A stretch of 64,000 bases of DNA from NCBI GenBank assembly GCA_965227775.1, contig OZ245777.1, forward strand, positions 320,001-384,000. The letters are read 5' to 3'. Below, piece after piece: positions 1 through 8,871 of this stretch. This DNA is from Phycisphaerales bacterium (GTDB lineage: Bacteria; Planctomycetota; Phycisphaerae; Phycisphaerales; UBA1924). Position 1 is the stretch's first letter. Every line of letters starts with the position of its first letter. The position numbers and the translations under genes were made by a program. The notes under the pieces are model-generated. The model had not been told where the DNA came from and did not search any database. It saw only the letters and a list, made by a program, of their open reading frames with translations.

Positions 1-364
1 CCCCACCGCCCTCGCCCATGACCAGCTTGATGGGCCCCGGGCGCGGCCGCTCGGCCGCGATGGTGTCCCGCGTTTCACGTGCCTGCTCGATGGCGGATCG
101 CTCCTCGCCACGCGCCACTTCGCGCTCGCCCATGCCGGGGGCCTGCCGCACGGGTCGACCGCGGTACTCGTTGGTCGTCGACGGCATCGCGACCGCCCGA
201 CGCATCGCCTGGCCCTCGTCAGCATCGATCACGACCGTCGCGTCGTGGGGCGCGTCTTCCAGGTCGGCCGTCCGCGCGGCCGCCAGGTGATCGCTGATCA
301 ACAACCCCACCACCATCACGGCGGCGAATCCAAGCACCAAGGCCAGCTTCTGCTCTCGGGTCAA
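1..364 (-). CDS. Partial (runs off window start) N-terminally membrane-anchored protein, probably LysM/peptidoglycan-binding type
   Basis: Not in the ORF track. TTG start overlaps the rsmH stop (TTGA, 361-364). Translates MTREQKLALVLGFAAVMVVGLLISDHLAAART..., one TM helix, open to the window edge. LysM assignment is from recollection of similar N-termini only. Confidence 0.6.
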   Translation of the reverse strand, partial: MTREQKLALVLGFAAVMVVGLLISDHLAAARTADLEDAPHDATVVIDADEGQAMRRAVAMPSTTNEYRGRPVRQAPGMGEREVARGEERSAIEQARETRDTIAAERPRPGPIKLVMGEGGG

Positions 365-1356
365 CGCGACGGTCCCCCTTCCACGCTCGGGGTCAGTTCG
401 ATGGCACGCAGGCGGGCGGACCGGGCGCGACGGTTGACCGCGGTCTCCACGTCTCCCGGCACGATCGGCTTGCGGGTCAGGCGGCGGGCCAGCCCGGCAT
501 CGCCCAGGGACGCAAACGAACGCTTGACCATCCGATCCTCAAGAGAATGGAAGGAAATGACGGCCACCCGTGCCCCCTGGGCCAGCCACCGGCGGCCCTC
601 GTCCTCACGCACCGTCCCGCCTGCTCGGACCGGTCCGCTCATGCTCGTCGTCGACCCGGCTTGAGACGAAATCGCATCAAGCAGGGCCGACAGCGCACCC
701 AGCTCGTCGTTGACAGCTATCCGTAACGCCTGGAACGTCCGAGTAGCCGGGTCGATGCCGCCACCAGTGGTGCAAGACCGGACGAGCGCTGCGAGCGCGC
801 GCGTGGTCGTTATCGGTTGCGAATCGCGACAGGCGACAACTTTCCGGGCGATCCGCCGAGACCCCCGCTCCTCGCCGAACGTCCACAGAATCTCGGCGAT
901 TTCTGCCTCCGTCGCGGTCGCCAGCAGCTCGGCTGCGCTCACCCCACTGGTCGGGTCCAGCCGCATGTCCAGCGGCCCGTCACGCTTGAACGAGAAGCCC
1001 CGTTGCGGGTCATCCACCTGCGGACTGGAAAAGCCCAGGTCGGCCAGCAGCGCGTGGGCTTGAAGGCCCAGATCTACCAGCGCCGCCGGCAGCCCCGCGA
1101 ATGACCCGCGAACGGCTTCGACGCGCACGTCGGGGTGGGCTTCCCGCACAGTTGCCGTCGCCCGCTGCAGCATCGAGGTGTCGAGATCGTTCAGCACCAC
1201 CACGCCATCGGGCCCCACCAGGCCCGCCGCGATCGCCGCATGCCCACCCAGCCCCGCCGTCGCATCCACGTACACATCGCCTGGCCGCAGCGCGAGCACG
1301 TCGATCGACTCTCGGGCAAGCACGGATTGGTGTTCGTTCTGGGACATCCAAGGCAT
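361..1356 (-). CDS. rsmH: 16S rRNA m4C1402 methyltransferase RsmH (MraW)
   Basis: Motifs DATAGLGGH, DLGFSSPQVD, RGFSFKRDGPLDMRL, TRTFQALRIAVNDEL, ISFHSLEDR, NRRARSARLR; start may be 1347. Confidence 0.95.
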   Translation of the reverse strand: MPWMSQNEHQSVLARESIDVLALRPGDVYVDATAGLGGHAAIAAGLVGPDGVVVLNDLDTSMLQRATATVREAHPDVRVEAVRGSFAGLPAALVDLGLQAHALLADLGFSSPQVDDPQRGFSFKRDGPLDMRLDPTSGVSAAELLATATEAEIAEILWTFGEERGSRRIARKVVACRDSQPITTTRALAALVRSCTTGGGIDPATRTFQALRIAVNDELGALSALLDAISSQAGSTTSMSGPVRAGGTVREDEGRRWLAQGARVAVISFHSLEDRMVKRSFASLGDAGLARRLTRKPIVPGDVETAVNRRARSARLRAIELTPSVEGGPSR

Positions 1357-1394
1357 GATTGCACGCCGCGTGCCCGGCCGCAGTACAGTCGGGC

Positions 1395-2402
1395 ATGAAA
1401 GCGATCATCCCGCTCGCGCTCGCCGTCCTCCTGCTCACAGGCTGCTCGCCCCTGGGCCTCACGGTGCGCCTGGGCCCGGCCAACGACCAGGTCGTCGCAT
1501 CCCAGGTGCTCGAGGTTGGCGAGGGGCCGGGCAGGGCCAGCGACCGCGTGGCGATGATCGTGGTCCGCGGGCTCATCACCGATACCCCCACCACCGGCCT
1601 GCTGGGCACCAGCAGCGCCCCGATCGACGAGATGGTTGCCCAGCTCAAGATGGCCGCCGACGACCCCAAAGTCCGGGCGGTCATCCTCCGCATCGACTCG
1701 CCCGGCGGCACCGTCGCCGGCAGTGAGACGGCGTTCAACGAGGTCCGGGCCTTCACCGAGCATTCGGGCAAGCCCGTCATCGTCTCGCTGGGTGAGGTCG
1801 CCACCAGCGGCGGGTACTACCTCGCGCTCGCGGGGGACCACATCATCGCCGAGCCCGCCACGCTCACAGGCTCCATCGGCGTACTCATCCCCAGCTTCAA
1901 CGCGAGCGAGGGCCTCGACAAGCTGGGCATCCGCACACTGTTCGTAACTAGCGGCCCCAACAAGGACTTAGCCAATCCGCTCGCGCCCGTCCAGGAGGGC
2001 CACTACGACATCCTCCGCGGCATCGTGGGCGAGTACTACGCCAGCTTCCTCTCCCTCGTCCTGCGCCGCAGGCCCGGCCTGCTGCCCGACGAGGTGGCCA
2101 CCGCCACCGACGGCCGCGTCATGACCGGGGACACCGCCGCCGCAATCGGGCTGGTCGATAGCCTCGGCGGCGTGCGCGAGGCCATGGACAAGGCCATGGA
2201 GATGGCAGAACTCGAACGCGCCGTCCTGATCCGCTATGGCCGCCGCGGCAATGCCCCGCGCACCGCGTACGCCACGAGCCAAGTGCCCTCGCCGCTCATG
2301 GCCGACAACTCCGTCAGCCTGCTCCGCGTCGACGGCGGAGCGCTGCCCACGAGTGCGCTCGGCCTGCGCCCGGGCGTGGGCTACTACGTCTGGATTCCCT
2401 GA
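1395..2402 (+). CDS. sppA: Signal peptide peptidase SppA (S49), lipoprotein
   Basis: Lipobox LLLTGC; IDSPGG, ATSGGYY, TGSIGV, DGRVMTG. Confidence 0.9.
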   Translation: MKAIIPLALAVLLLTGCSPLGLTVRLGPANDQVVASQVLEVGEGPGRASDRVAMIVVRGLITDTPTTGLLGTSSAPIDEMVAQLKMAADDPKVRAVILRIDSPGGTVAGSETAFNEVRAFTEHSGKPVIVSLGEVATSGGYYLALAGDHIIAEPATLTGSIGVLIPSFNASEGLDKLGIRTLFVTSGPNKDLANPLAPVQEGHYDILRGIVGEYYASFLSLVLRRRPGLLPDEVATATDGRVMTGDTAAAIGLVDSLGGVREAMDKAMEMAELERAVLIRYGRRGNAPRTAYATSQVPSPLMADNSVSLLRVDGGALPTSALGLRPGVGYYVWIP

Positions 2403-2467
2403 ACCGAGCTCCGCCACCCGGCTTTTGCATCGGCAGATACCGGCCGCCCGATAGCTCCTCCTGACAC

Positions 2468-3784
2468 GTGCGCCCGGGCTGGACCATCCTGATCTGCGTG
2501 CTGACGCTGCTGGGCGTCGGCTTGGTCATGGTGCGCTCGGCCAGCACCGCCGTCGAGGAGATCGATAAGCCCGCTCCGCTCGACTTCAGCCCCGGCGCGG
2601 CCCTGGTCGTCGTGCCCGATCCGGATCCTCCCCAGGACACGACGTTCCGCGAGGCGCTGCTGGATATGGCCGGCTCGCGAGCCGCGGTCTACGCCGGCCT
2701 GGCATTGCTCGCCACGCTCGCCTTTGCCGCGTTGCCCGCCTCGTTGCTCGATCGCGTCGATGCGTTCACACGGATCGAGCGCCCAGCCCTGTGGCTAGCA
2801 ATCTCGATCGCCGTAATCGTGGGCGTGCTCCTGCTGGTGTACGTGCCCGGCATCAGCAGGGAAGCCAAGGGTGCCAAGCGCTGGATCGAATTCACCCTCC
2901 CGGGCGCCGGCCTGCAGAGCCTGCAGCCGAGCGAGATCGCCAAGTGGGTGCTACCCACCCTCATCGCCATCTTCGCAGCCGCCCGCGGCCCGGCCATCGG
3001 GACCATCCTCAAGGGCCTCTTGCCCGCCGGCATCGCCGTCGCCCTCGTGTGCGGGCTCATCATGCGTGAAGACCTCGGCACGGCCGTGCTCATCGGCGCT
3101 TCGTGCGGTGTGGTGCTGCTGGCCGCGGGCATCCGCTGGTGGCATGTCGGTGTGCTCGCCGCCGTCGCCCTTGCCGCCTCCGTCCACGCGGTCCACACCA
3201 GCCCGTACCGCATGGACCGCATCACCAGCTTCCTCGACCCATGGGCAGACCCGGCCGGCAAGGGCTACCACATGATCCAGAGCATCGCCGCCATCTCGGG
3301 CGGCGAGCTCACCGGCCGCGGCCTGGGCAACGGGCTCCACAAGCTCGACTACCTTCCCGAAGACACCACCGACTTCCTCTTCGCCATCATCTGCGAGGAG
3401 CTCGGTGTGCTCGGCGCCGCGGGCGTCGCGGGCGTGTTCGCGCTGCTCATCTGGGCCTGCATCGGCGTCGTCCGCAACGAGCGCAGCTCGGCGTGCCAGC
3501 TGGTCGCACTCGGCATCACCGCGACGGTCGCGCTCCAGGCAATCATGAATCTCGCCGTCGTCACCGGCCTCGGCCCGACCAAAGGCATCGCCCTCCCGCT
3601 CGTAAGCGCCGGCGGCACGGGCTGGGTGCTCACCGGCGCATCGCTCGGCCTGCTCGTCGCGATGGATCGCCGCCAAGCCGCGCGCGGTATCGCGGTCGAG
3701 CGAGAGCCCGCGCCTGAGCCCGCCGGCGTGCAACGCAGCCTCTTCTCGCGAAGCAGCGGCCCGATCGTCGAGGCGCCGGCTTGA
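2468..3784 (+). CDS. ftsW: SEDS peptidoglycan glycosyltransferase FtsW
   Basis: GAKRWI, QPSEIAK, DLGTA, LPEDTTDFLFAIICEELG, PTKGIALPLVSAGG; about 10 TMs; followed by murG. Confidence 0.9.
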   Translation: MRPGWTILICVLTLLGVGLVMVRSASTAVEEIDKPAPLDFSPGAALVVVPDPDPPQDTTFREALLDMAGSRAAVYAGLALLATLAFAALPASLLDRVDAFTRIERPALWLAISIAVIVGVLLLVYVPGISREAKGAKRWIEFTLPGAGLQSLQPSEIAKWVLPTLIAIFAAARGPAIGTILKGLLPAGIAVALVCGLIMREDLGTAVLIGASCGVVLLAAGIRWWHVGVLAAVALAASVHAVHTSPYRMDRITSFLDPWADPAGKGYHMIQSIAAISGGELTGRGLGNGLHKLDYLPEDTTDFLFAIICEELGVLGAAGVAGVFALLIWACIGVVRNERSSACQLVALGITATVALQAIMNLAVVTGLGPTKGIALPLVSAGGTGWVLTGASLGLLVAMDRRQAARGIAVEREPAPEPAGVQRSLFSRSSGPIVEAPA

Positions 3785-4920
3785 GCCGCAAGGCGCACAT
3801 CGGCATCGCATTCCTTGGTGGTGGCAGCGGTGGACACATCTACCCCTCGCTCGCCGTCGCAGACGCCGTCGCCGGCCTCGTTCCAGACGCCCGCGCGACG
3901 TTCCTCACCGGAGACCGTCCTGCTGACAAGCAGGCCCTCGCGAGCGAACTGGTCTTCAGCGAACCCGCCGAACGCATCGCCCTGCACGCGCGCCCACCCT
4001 CGACACGCCCACTCGCGATGTTCCGCTGCGTGCGCGCCTGGGGCCAAGCCGTGCGCGACAGCCGCGAAGCCCTGCGAGACCTGAAGGCTGAATGCGAGCG
4101 CGTCATCGCGATGTCCACCGGCGGCTACGTTTCGGCTCCCGCCGCCATGGCCGCCCGCGCCGAGCGGGTCCCGCTCGTGCTCGTGAGCCTCGACGCGCGC
4201 ATCGGCAAGGCCAACCGCTTCGTCGGCAAACTCGCCGCACACAAGCTCGTAGCCCAAGACGACGCGCCAGAGGGCTGGCGCGGCATCGGCCCCATCATCG
4301 GAACCCGCGCCATCGCGCCGGGCTCCAAGGCTGACTGCCGGCGCATGCTCGGGCTCGATACCGACCAACCCACGTTGCTTGTCATGGGTGGCAGCCAGGG
4401 CGCGACATCCATCAACCAGCTCATGAAGGCGCTGTGTGAGCAGAACGCCACCTCGTTGCGCCCATGGCAGGTGATCCATCTCGCAGGCTCCCAATCGTCC
4501 GCAAGCGAACTGCAAACCGCGTACGACGACGCCGGCGTGTTCGCGAGCGTGCTCGATCGCCTGAGCCCGATGGGCCCGGCCTGGGGTTCGGCCGACCTTG
4601 CGCTTTGCCGCAGCGGCGCCGGATCGGTCGCTGAGGTCCACGCCAACGCGGTACCCGCCGTGTTCCTGCCCTACCCCTACCACCGCGACGGGCACCAGGC
4701 AGCCAACGCGCAGCCGCTGGTCGACGCCGGCGGCGCGGTACTACTCGAAGATCGCATCACCGCGAAGGCAAACCTCGACGCGATCGCGCCCACGCTGCTG
4801 GAGCTTTTGGGCTCGGCCGACAAACGACAGGCGATGTCCGACGCGTTGCAACGCGCGCCCCGGCGTGATGGCGCCGCAGCGTGCGCGCGCGTGCTCGTCG
4901 AATCAGCAGTTCGCTGCTGA
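3781..4920 (+). CDS. murG: Lipid II GlcNAc transferase MurG
   Basis: GGGSGGHIYP, STGGYVS, MGGSQGA, RSGAGSVAE, HQAANA; TTG start overlaps the ftsW stop. Confidence 0.92.
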   Translation: MSRKAHIGIAFLGGGSGGHIYPSLAVADAVAGLVPDARATFLTGDRPADKQALASELVFSEPAERIALHARPPSTRPLAMFRCVRAWGQAVRDSREALRDLKAECERVIAMSTGGYVSAPAAMAARAERVPLVLVSLDARIGKANRFVGKLAAHKLVAQDDAPEGWRGIGPIIGTRAIAPGSKADCRRMLGLDTDQPTLLVMGGSQGATSINQLMKALCEQNATSLRPWQVIHLAGSQSSASELQTAYDDAGVFASVLDRLSPMGPAWGSADLALCRSGAGSVAEVHANAVPAVFLPYPYHRDGHQAANAQPLVDAGGAVLLEDRITAKANLDAIAPTLLELLGSADKRQAMSDALQRAPRRDGAAACARVLVESAVRC

Positions 4921-4971
4921 TTCCCACGAGTTTGCGCAGGCGAGGCGGCGCGATCTGGTATACTTGCGGCG

Positions 4972-5526
4972 ATGGGGCAGAATGGTCACAGTAACGCCCA
5001 GGAAGCCAACGGCCGCACGCCGTGCTGCGTGCTCTGGACGCCCGCCGGAACGCAGCCTCCCGCCGAGCTGCTCGCCTCACTCGAGCGCCGCTCGCTCACC
5101 TGGGTGGGCGTGCAGGACGGCTACTCGGCGATGACAGAAATCCTCCTCCGCCAGCGAGCCGGCGAGGGGTCCAAGTCGGCGGTGCTCGTCTTGGTGCATC
5201 CGACAAAGCTCGATTTATCGGGCCTCGTCGTCGACGCCCTCGGCCGCTTTGCCGGGCCCGTGGCGGTGTGGAGGTTCGATCCTGACGCCCAGCCGGTGCT
5301 CGCCGCAGCCCAGCGGCACGAACTGGCCACGGTCTTCGTGCGAACACAAGAGGGGGAGCCCGGCCAAGCCGATCCCTCGCGAGCTCGCCCGCGCCCTTCG
5401 CCCGAAGCCGGTCCGAGCCCGGGCGAGCAACGCCCGATCGAGCGCGAGGAGGAGGAGCCGACAACCGCGTCGCTGCTGAGCGACGAGGAACTCAGCATGC
5501 TGCTGGCCGATCGGCCGGGGAAGTAG
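4972..5526 (+). CDS. Hypothetical protein: degenerate receiver-like N-domain, Pro-rich linker, C-terminal LLSDEELSMLL helix
   Basis: Fills the gap between murG and the GGDEF gene; alternating beta/alpha pattern. Confidence 0.65.
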   Translation: MGQNGHSNAQEANGRTPCCVLWTPAGTQPPAELLASLERRSLTWVGVQDGYSAMTEILLRQRAGEGSKSAVLVLVHPTKLDLSGLVVDALGRFAGPVAVWRFDPDAQPVLAAAQRHELATVFVRTQEGEPGQADPSRARPRPSPEAGPSPGEQRPIEREEEEPTTASLLSDEELSMLLADRPGK

Positions 5527-5529
5527 GCA

Positions 5530-6906
5530 ATGGCGCTGGGCGGACGGTTGATGGGAGCAATTGTGGCCACAGACGGAGCATCGCAGACCGGCGCAACCAC
5601 CAACGGCCCGACGCGGGCCGAGGGACCGGCTCGCATCGTGCTCGTAGGCCAGACGGGCCTCGACGGCGTGCTCGCCGCACCGGCGACGACCGAGATGGTG
5701 CGCGTCCGCAGCGGCATGGACGCGCTGGGCGAAGTCTCGGTCTGGAGCCGCCAGCGACACGAACACGGCGGCGAGCAGGTCGTCGTACTGGGCGAAGCCA
5801 TCGACGCCGACCCGACACTGCTGCGCGCACGCAAGCTCGTCGACGCGCTCCGGCGCCTCGACCCCGGCGTGCGCGTTCTGGCGATTGGACGACCACTCGA
5901 GAGCGAGAGCAGAGGCAATGGCAGCGAAGGTGGCGAGGACGCCTTCGACGGCTGGCTCGACATCGACGATCCGGTGTTCTCTTCACGCGTGCTACTGCAC
6001 GGCCAGCGCGCCGCGAGATCGACGCCGACACCAAGCCCGCAACGCACCGTTGAGGTGCCGGCACCACCGAAGCCTATAGCGCCCGCACCACCAGCCGACG
6101 ATCGCCGGCTCGTCGAGATGCTGCTTGCCGGCGAGTCGATCGAAGCCGCCGCTGTCGATCTCGCATCACGTCGCGCGGGCGCGCCGATGTCGTTGCGTGA
6201 TTTGGCCGAGGCATCCGATATCGCCGGCTACGCGCGCATCCCCGGCGTCAACGACCGCGTTCTCGTTGGACCGCGTACAACCAGGGAACAACTGGCCGGC
6301 GCCGCCGAGTGGCTGGGCGGGTGGTTGAGGCTCGAGGCTCAACATCGCACGCTGCAAGACGAGGCCAACACCGACCCGCTCACCGGTGCCTGGAACCGCC
6401 GCCACTTCGAGCGTGCGCTCACAGACGCCATCGAGGCCGCCGGCGAAGCCCGCCGCGACCTCTCCGTGCTCGTGTTCGACATCGACGACTTCAAGAACTT
6501 CAACGACGAGCACGGCCACGATGCCGGCGACGAGATCCTCCGCGAGGTCGTCCAGCTCCTGCAGAGCGTGATCCGCCCGAGCGACAAGGTCTGCCGTATC
6601 GGCGGCGACGAGTTTGCCGTCATCTTCGACGACCCCGCCGGCAAGCGCGAACCCACGAGCCGCCATCCGCGATCGGTCGTGGGCGTTGCGAAGCGATTCC
6701 AGAAGCAGGTTGCCGCGAAGCGATTCCCCAAGCTGGGCGATGATGCGCCCGGCCGCCTGACGATCTCGGGCGGGCTTGCAACGTTCCCGTGGGATGGCCT
6801 CGACGTTGCCGCTCTCGTGCGCGCGGCCGACCAGCGCGCGCTCGACAGCAAGCATCAGGGCAAGAACGCCATCGAGCTCGGCCCCACCGACGACGCCGAA
6901 GACTGA
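5530..6906 (+). CDS. Diguanylate cyclase (GGDEF) with degenerate receiver-like N-terminus
   Basis: DPLTGAWNRR, DIDDFKNFNDEHGHDAGD, I-site RPSD five residues before an intact GGDEF. Confidence 0.9.
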   Translation: MALGGRLMGAIVATDGASQTGATTNGPTRAEGPARIVLVGQTGLDGVLAAPATTEMVRVRSGMDALGEVSVWSRQRHEHGGEQVVVLGEAIDADPTLLRARKLVDALRRLDPGVRVLAIGRPLESESRGNGSEGGEDAFDGWLDIDDPVFSSRVLLHGQRAARSTPTPSPQRTVEVPAPPKPIAPAPPADDRRLVEMLLAGESIEAAAVDLASRRAGAPMSLRDLAEASDIAGYARIPGVNDRVLVGPRTTREQLAGAAEWLGGWLRLEAQHRTLQDEANTDPLTGAWNRRHFERALTDAIEAAGEARRDLSVLVFDIDDFKNFNDEHGHDAGDEILREVVQLLQSVIRPSDKVCRIGGDEFAVIFDDPAGKREPTSRHPRSVVGVAKRFQKQVAAKRFPKLGDDAPGRLTISGGLATFPWDGLDVAALVRAADQRALDSKHQGKNAIELGPTDDAED

Positions 6907-6911
6907 TATTC

Positions 6912-7952
6912 TCAGGCCCGCCCCACGCCGATGCGCAGCAACCGCGTACCGCCAAGCGGAGCCGCGGGATCGCACACGAACGACACGCGGTCGGCGCAAG
7001 CCGGGGGCACGACGATGGTGTGCCCCGCGTGTACCGGCAGGCTTGCGTCGTCGTTGCCTTCAACGACCACCTCGCCCACGCCGCTGACGAGCATCAGCAC
7101 CTGGCATCGCCCGTCGAAGCTCAACGGGATTTCGTCGCCGCCGTGCGGCCGGGCCTCGTCGATCGAGAACGCGTCGAGCTCGCACAGCCGGCCGGCTTCG
7201 TCGCCGGCCTCGAGCCGTGCTGTTGCCGGCGGCAGCCCTTCCAGGATGCACTCGGCCGCCTGATCGAGATGCAACTGCCGCCCCGAACGGCCGTACTCGC
7301 GCGCCCAGTCGTAGACGCGGAACGTCGTGTCGCTGGGCGTCTGCACCTCGGCCACGAGCGTGCCAGCGCCGAGGGCATGGATGGTGCCAGTCGGCAGCGT
7401 GTGCAGGTCTCCCACCAGAGACGGTGCGCTGTGCAGCATCGCTGGCACATCTCCACCGCCGCGCGCGGCATCGGCGACGCCTGCGGGCGTCACGCCTGGT
7501 GCCAAGCCCTTCAGGATGCGCGCGTGCGCGTCGGCCTCGACGACGTACCAGCACTCGGTCTTCACGTGCGCGTCAGCGTGCGCTGCGGCATACGCCGGGC
7601 TCGGGTGCACCTGGATCGACAGGTCCTCGCGTGCATCAAGATACTTCACGAGCAGCGGGAAGCGGCCATCGAGCGACGCCACGGGCCCGAGTAGGTCGAC
7701 GCCCCAGAGCTTGATCGCCTCGCGGATGGTCTTGCCAGCGAGCGCGCCGCGCGCGATGACCGACGACACGCCCCCACCGCCGGCACCCGACGCGCTCGTT
7801 GTGTCGAGGTCGGCCAGTTCCCAGCTCTCGCCGACGCCTGCACGATCGGGCAAGTCCTTACCGAGCGTCGCCAGTCGCCGACCACCCCAGACCTTCTCAA
7901 AGAGGCTGGGCTCCAGCACGAACGGGAGTGGTTCTTGGCTTGCAGCAGCCAC
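6912..7952 (-). CDS. manA: Class I mannose-6-phosphate isomerase
   Basis: KVWGG, GESWE, FPLLVKYLDAREDLSIQVHP, KTECWY, GTIHALG, EVQTPSDTTFRVYDW. Confidence 0.9.
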   Translation of the reverse strand: MAAASQEPLPFVLEPSLFEKVWGGRRLATLGKDLPDRAGVGESWELADLDTTSASGAGGGGVSSVIARGALAGKTIREAIKLWGVDLLGPVASLDGRFPLLVKYLDAREDLSIQVHPSPAYAAAHADAHVKTECWYVVEADAHARILKGLAPGVTPAGVADAARGGGDVPAMLHSAPSLVGDLHTLPTGTIHALGAGTLVAEVQTPSDTTFRVYDWAREYGRSGRQLHLDQAAECILEGLPPATARLEAGDEAGRLCELDAFSIDEARPHGGDEIPLSFDGRCQVLMLVSGVGEVVVEGNDDASLPVHAGHTIVVPPACADRVSFVCDPAAPLGGTRLLRIGVGRA

Positions 7953-7960
7953 GGCAGCCG

Positions 7961-8524
7961 TTAGCCGCCGGGGTTCGCGTTCGGATCGGCAACCGGATCC
8001 ATCGCCATGCCTGAGATCGTGGCCTCGAACGCAACACGGTTCTCGACCACGCCCTGCACGGTGGCCGTGAAGCGACGCCGCCCGAACTTGATCTCTTTGC
8101 CGAGCACGAACAGCTCGTCACCTGGCGCCACCATCGACCGGAAAGCTGCGTTTTCGATCCGCAGGAACGCGGCGAGGTACGGGCCCTTATGGCGAACGAG
8201 GAACATGAGGCACGCGAGCTGCGCCCCGGCCTCGATCTGCAGCACGCCGGGGAACATGGGCTTGCCCGGGAAGTGCCCGGCCACCCAGAATTCGTCGTCG
8301 CTGACCGAGCGGACGGCAACTGCCTGGGTGTAGCCCTCGTTGTGCCACACCAGGCGATCGATCAGCCGCATCTGCCCGCGATGGGGCAGGATGCGCTCTA
8401 CGCCGGCGGTATCGAGCACGTACGAGCCCAGGTCGATCCCATCGAGTGGGAACAACAGCCCCTTGGCGCTCGCGGGAGCGCCGGCGGGGTCGGTGGCGGG
8501 CGTGTCGCTCGAAACGGTCGGCAT
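7961..8524 (-). CDS. fabZ: 3-hydroxyacyl-ACP dehydratase, FabZ/FabA hot-dog family
   Basis: ILPHR...GHFPGKPMFPGVLQIEAGAQ (His/Glu catalytic pair). Confidence 0.8.
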   Translation of the reverse strand: MPTVSSDTPATDPAGAPASAKGLLFPLDGIDLGSYVLDTAGVERILPHRGQMRLIDRLVWHNEGYTQAVAVRSVSDDEFWVAGHFPGKPMFPGVLQIEAGAQLACLMFLVRHKGPYLAAFLRIENAAFRSMVAPGDELFVLGKEIKFGRRRFTATVQGVVENRVAFEATISGMAMDPVADPNANPGG

Positions 8525-8533
8525 CGTGGGTGG

Positions 8534-8707
8534 TCAGTCCTGCTTACGCAGCTCCAAGACCTCCTTGCGGAGCTCCTGCGCCAGGTTCTTGACATCCTGC
8601 ATGGCCGTCCGCACGCGGGTACCAGCGGCCTTGTTGCCCGCCTTGACCTTGTCCATGTCCTCGGCGATGGAGTCGAGAATCTGCTTCATTTGCTCGTATT
8701 GCTGCAT
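8534..8707 (-). CDS. Small (57 aa) histone H1-like Hc1-family protein, N-terminal domain only
   Basis: MQQYEQMKQILDSIAEDMDKVKAGNKAAGTRVRTAMQDVKNLAQELRKEVLELRKQD; GNKAA..RVR motif as in chlamydial Hc1. The longer 8534..9280 ORF is an upstream overrun. Confidence 0.8.
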   Translation of the reverse strand: MQQYEQMKQILDSIAEDMDKVKAGNKAAGTRVRTAMQDVKNLAQELRKEVLELRKQD

Positions 8708-8871
8708 CGACCAGTTCTCCCACGTGATGCCCGGAGTGCGATCGGCCCCATTGGGCCGGCTGTCATACTTCCCATCCCCCGCGGCCGGGGCAAGCGAGAG
8801 ACCCGCCTGGGGGCCCAAGAGGGGGCCAAAACCGCAAAAATCGACCGAACAACGGCCTGCCCGATCCCAAT

